Of a stretch of DNA of 64,000 bases, positions 59,671 through 64,000 are shown one piece after another; within the stretch, counting starts at the first letter, position 1; every line of letters starts with the position of its first letter. Under the pieces are notes generated by a model. It saw only the letters and a list, made by a program, of their open reading frames with translations, was not told the origin of the DNA and searched no databases. The position numbers were made by a program, and so were the translations under genes. Origin of the DNA: an uncultured Gemmatimonadales bacterium. GTDB taxonomy: Bacteria > Gemmatimonadota > Gemmatimonadetes > Longimicrobiales > Gaopeijiaceae. The DNA lies in contig CAWELD010000010.1 of NCBI GenBank assembly GCA_963809895.1, positions 96,001 to 160,000 on the forward strand, read 5' to 3'.

Positions 59671-60797
59671 GTCAGGGTCCTGAGCGCCTCCGCCCAGCGC
59701 TCCATCTCGTCGGGCAACCCGAAGGAGACCCGGTTCCACTGGAGCATGGGGGGAAAGGCACGGCCCACGCGGATGCCGGCTTCACGCATGCGCGCGATGT
59801 AGGCCGGCAGCTCCCCGTGGATGCGGTGCATGAGGAAGTTGGTCTGCGTGGGGATGTATTCGAGCCCCAGCTCGTCGAGGGTGGCGGTGGCTACGGCCTT
59901 GGCCTGGGAGTTGACCGCCACGCTGCGCGCCATGAGCCCCTCGTCGGCCAGCGATGCCAACGCCGCGGCGCACGCCAGCACGTTGGTGTTGTTGGCCGAG
60001 ATGAACTCCCGCAGCCGGGCCGCCGTGTCGGGGTGGGCGACGCCGTAGCCCAGGCGCATGCCCGCCATCCCGAAGATCTTCGAGAAGGTGCGGGTCACGA
60101 CCACGTTCGGGCGCTCGTGCACCCACGACAACGCGCTCCGGTACCCGGGATGGTCCACGTACTCGAAATACGCCTCGTCGATGAGGAAGAGCGTGGTCTC
60201 CGGCGCGTCGGCGATCCACGCATCCACGTCCTGTGAAGGCGTGACGGTTCCCGTCGGGTTGTTCGGGTTACAGATGTAGACCACGGCAGGCCGGCGGCCG
60301 GCGGTCTTCACCACGTCGCGCATGCGCCCGAGGTCGTGGGCCCAGGTCGACGTCAACGGCACCGCCGTGAGCCGGTACGGAAAGGGCCGCTGGTAGCGCG
60401 GTACGTCTTCGAAGGTCGGCTCGGCGATGACCATGGGCGCGCCCGGCGCCTGGAAGGCCTGCACCGCCATCTGGAGCACCTCGGTGGAGCCGGCGCCCAT
60501 GATCAGATTGTCGGTGCTCACACCAAGATGGGCCGCCAGCGCGTCCTCCACGCGGCGGCGCCAGTCGCCGGGATAGCGGTTGGCTTCACCCATGGCGTCG
60601 ACCACGGCCCGGCGCGCGGCCGGCGACAGTCCCAGCGGATTCTCGTTGGAGCTCAGGCGCACGGTGCCGTCGGCGAGCGTCTTGCCCACCCGCCACGGCG
60701 CCCCACGCCCGAGAACCCCGGCGAGGCCGCCTCCGGATCCTGCGACGCCGGCCAGGCCGGCTGCCATTCCCGCGGTGACGAAGCCTCGGCGATCCAT
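59667..60797 (-). CDS. Class I/II PLP aminotransferase (HisC-like) with Tat signal
   Basis: MDRRGF; LSSNENP, NPNNPTG, DEAY and RTFSKIFGMAGMRLGY. Confidence 0.88.
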   Translation of the reverse strand: MDRRGFVTAGMAAGLAGVAGSGGGLAGVLGRGAPWRVGKTLADGTVRLSSNENPLGLSPAARRAVVDAMGEANRYPGDWRRRVEDALAAHLGVSTDNLIMGAGSTEVLQMAVQAFQAPGAPMVIAEPTFEDVPRYQRPFPYRLTAVPLTSTWAHDLGRMRDVVKTAGRRPAVVYICNPNNPTGTVTPSQDVDAWIADAPETTLFLIDEAYFEYVDHPGYRSALSWVHERPNVVVTRTFSKIFGMAGMRLGYGVAHPDTAARLREFISANNTNVLACAAALASLADEGLMARSVAVNSQAKAVATATLDELGLEYIPTQTNFLMHRIHGELPAYIARMREAGIRVGRAFPPMLQWNRVSFGLPDEMERWAEALRTLT

Positions 60798-60892
60798 GGG
60801 TCCCTCCGTGTTCGAGGTCGATCAGTGCCGCATGTCGAGCCCTCCGCGATCGGCGCTTGTCGCCTGCTGTCGCCGGTCTCGGCGATCGGTTG

Positions 60893-63305
60893 TCAGCCTC
60901 CCGGGATCGGGCACAGGCCGCCGTCGTCCATGCAGCCGGGCTTCGAGATGGTGCGCTCGAAGAGCTGGAAGATGCGGCGGTATTCGTCGGTCCACGACGT
61001 GGGCTCCACGAAGCCGTGGCTCTCCACCGGATACGCGGTCATGGACCAGTTCTCCTTGCCCAGCTCGATGAGGCGCTGCGTCAGTCGCACCACGTCGGAG
61101 AAGTGGACGTTGGTGTCCACCATCCCGTGCAGGATCAGCAGGCGCTGGTCCGGGCGCAGGTTCTGGGCGAAGTAGATGGGCGAGGACTTCTCGTACGCCT
61201 CCGGATCTTCCTGGGGCGTGTTGAGGATGTCGCTGGTGTAGCCGTGGTTGTAATGGGCCCAGTCGGTGACCGAGCGCAGGGCGGCGCCGGCGCGGAAGGT
61301 GTCGTCGGCGGTGAACATGGCCATGAGCGTCATGAAGCCGCCGTACGAGCCGCCGTACATGCCGATGCGGCGGGCGTCGATGCCCTCGTTGGCCACCAGC
61401 CAGTGAGCGCCGTCCACCTGATCGCTCAGGTCCTTGCCGCCCATCCAACGGTAGATCGCCGTGCGCCAGTCACGGCCGTAGCCCGCCGAGCCCCGGTAGT
61501 CGATGTCCAGCACCGTGTAGCCCTGGGCGGCCAGCAGGTGGTTGAACATGTACTCGTGGGAATAGCTCGACCAGTAGTTGTGGACGTTGTGCAGGTAGCC
61601 GGCGCCGTGCACGAAGATCACCGCCGCGCCGTTGGGCTGGCCGCCCACGTCGCCGGGCCGGTAGATGCGCGCCGGCACCATGGTGCCGTCCTCGGCCTGG
61701 AAGCGGATGATCTCGGGCTTGATCCAGTCGTACGACAGCCACTCGTCGGTGGGCGAGTGGGTGATCTGAGCCATGTCGTCCACGTCGTCGGTATCGGCCA
61801 GGTACAACTCCGGCGGACGGTTCGCCACCGAGTGGATCACGGCGACCCGCTCGGCATCGGGCGACAGGGTGGCGTCGTAGGCGCCTTCGGCCTCGCTCAG
61901 GTACTCGCGGTTGCCACCGTCGAAGTCCATCCAGCCCACGTGCTGGTTGAAGGGCGAACCCTCGTTGGTGGTGATGAAGAAGCGGTCCTGGCCCTCGGGG
62001 ATCTGCACGCCCAGGAGCTCCCAGTTTCCGGAGGTGAGGGCCTGCTTGCCGGTGCCGTCGGCGTTCACGCGGTACAGATGGGCGTAGCCCGTCTCCTCAC
62101 TGGCGTAGTAGGCCGTGCTGGTGCCCGGCAGCCAGCCCTCGCAGCCGAACCCGCAGGGACCACCCACCCACGCCTCGTCATGAAGGCGATCGAGGAGCGT
62201 GAGGTCGCCGGTGGCCGCGTCCAGGGAGAACAGGAACCAGTCCTTGTTGTCGTCGGAGCGCGAGTAGATCAGCGCGTGCTGGCCCGCGTCGTCCCAGCCC
62301 CGCGAGAAGGCGCTCACGTCGCCCTCGTAGCCTTCCGGGCGCGGGTCCAGCCAGGTGACCTCGCCGGTCTCGGTGCGCAGGAAGCCCAGTCGAGAGCTGC
62401 CCTGGGCGTCACCGACCTTGGTGCGGCCGTTGGAGGCCTCGGTGTAGCCCGACTCGGTGATCCAGCGGGGGATGTCGGGTTGGCGCGTGTCACGGGCCGG
62501 CTCCGAGGTGCCCACCATCACGTAGCGGCCGTCGCGGGTGGCGTCGAGCTGCCCCAGCCGCTCGCCGTTGGGGATGTACAGCGGCTCGGGCTCGCCCTCC
62601 TGCGCGCGCTCCCGCCGGGCCCGGGCCGAATCCTGCTCGGCCTTGATCCGGCGCACGTGCTCGAAGAGCTCCAGCTGCTGGTCCTCCAGGAACTTGCGCT
62701 GCCCCTCGGCCTCCTGGGGCTCGCGCGGGGCCGAGCCGGAGCGGATGTCGGTGAGCTGCTTCACCGAGCCGTCTTCCAGCGTCATCTCGAAGAGGTTGTC
62801 GCCCTGCCGGTACTGGACACCCTGGCCGTCGGCCGTGAACCGGGCCGCGACCTCGGCGTCGCGGGTGTCGGTGAGCCGGCGTACCTCCAGGGTGCGCCGA
62901 TTCACCAGGCGCAGATCGCCGCCCATGGAGGTCACGCGCCAGCGGCGGTCCTGCGACAGGTCGCCTCCGGCGATCAGGATGCTCACCGAATCCATCTCGC
63001 TCTCGGGGACCACCTCGGGCTCGCCGCCCCTGGCGGGCACCCGGTAGAGCTCCCGGTCGGCGTTCCACTCGTGGCCCCCGGGGAGCCAGCGGAAGTAGAC
63101 CCAGCGGCCGTCGTCGGTGAACGACACCCCGCCGGGCTGCTGCCCCACCAGCTCCGACCCCCGCATGATGTTGCGGATGGAGAGGTCGAAGGGCTGACTT
63201 CGGGCCGGCGGGGGCTGATAGTCCGCCAACTGTCCCGCCGCCGCCGCGGGCACCAGCGAGGGCCGCCAGGGCGAGCCAGGAAATGCTCTGCCGCGTCATC
63301 CGCAT
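60893..63305 (-). CDS. S9 family (DPP IV-like) peptidase, secreted, apparent frameshift near 63255 in the signal peptide
   Basis: DYRGS, GGSYGG, HGMVDTNV and ESHGF; AAGGAG RBS before MRMTRQS. Confidence 0.9.
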
Positions 63306-63408
63306 CTTCCATCTCCTTTCGGGAGCCTGTCCGTGTCGTGGGGCGGGCCGCCAGGGGTCCGCCGGATGCTGACCAACCGGGGCATCATGGGGCGCGGAGA
63401 GCCGCCGT

Positions 63409-64000
<592 letters not shown>

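Noticed and set aside
60820..60900. Degenerate short repeats in intergenic DNA (also ~965-1020)
   Set aside because: Too degenerate to define a unit by eye.

Overview
GC-rich, gene-dense bacterial chromosomal window with about 50 CDS. I found no rRNA, tRNA, CRISPR array, transposase, integrase or phage gene. The gene content suggests Gemmatimonadota/Longimicrobia (inference): three PadR + orphan ABC permease modules, five six-bladed beta-propeller proteins, four carboxypeptidase-regulatory/plug-like secreted proteins, two Hanks kinases (one paired with a PP2C, one with an ECF sigma factor), and many secreted hydrolases and transporters. About 11 genes are split by single-base frameshifts, most likely long-read consensus errors. 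The most unusual signal is non-coding. Two intergenic fold-back elements (9104-9279 and 31584-31909) each have several nested arms sharing one symmetry axis. A parS-like 16-bp palindrome (CGTTTCAGCTGAAACG) occurs three times, and two copies form a perfect 21-bp inverted repeat around an amidohydrolase gene. Operators and leaderless promoters for MarR and PadR genes can also be read from the sequence. All product calls come from motif recognition by eye; no database searches were run.
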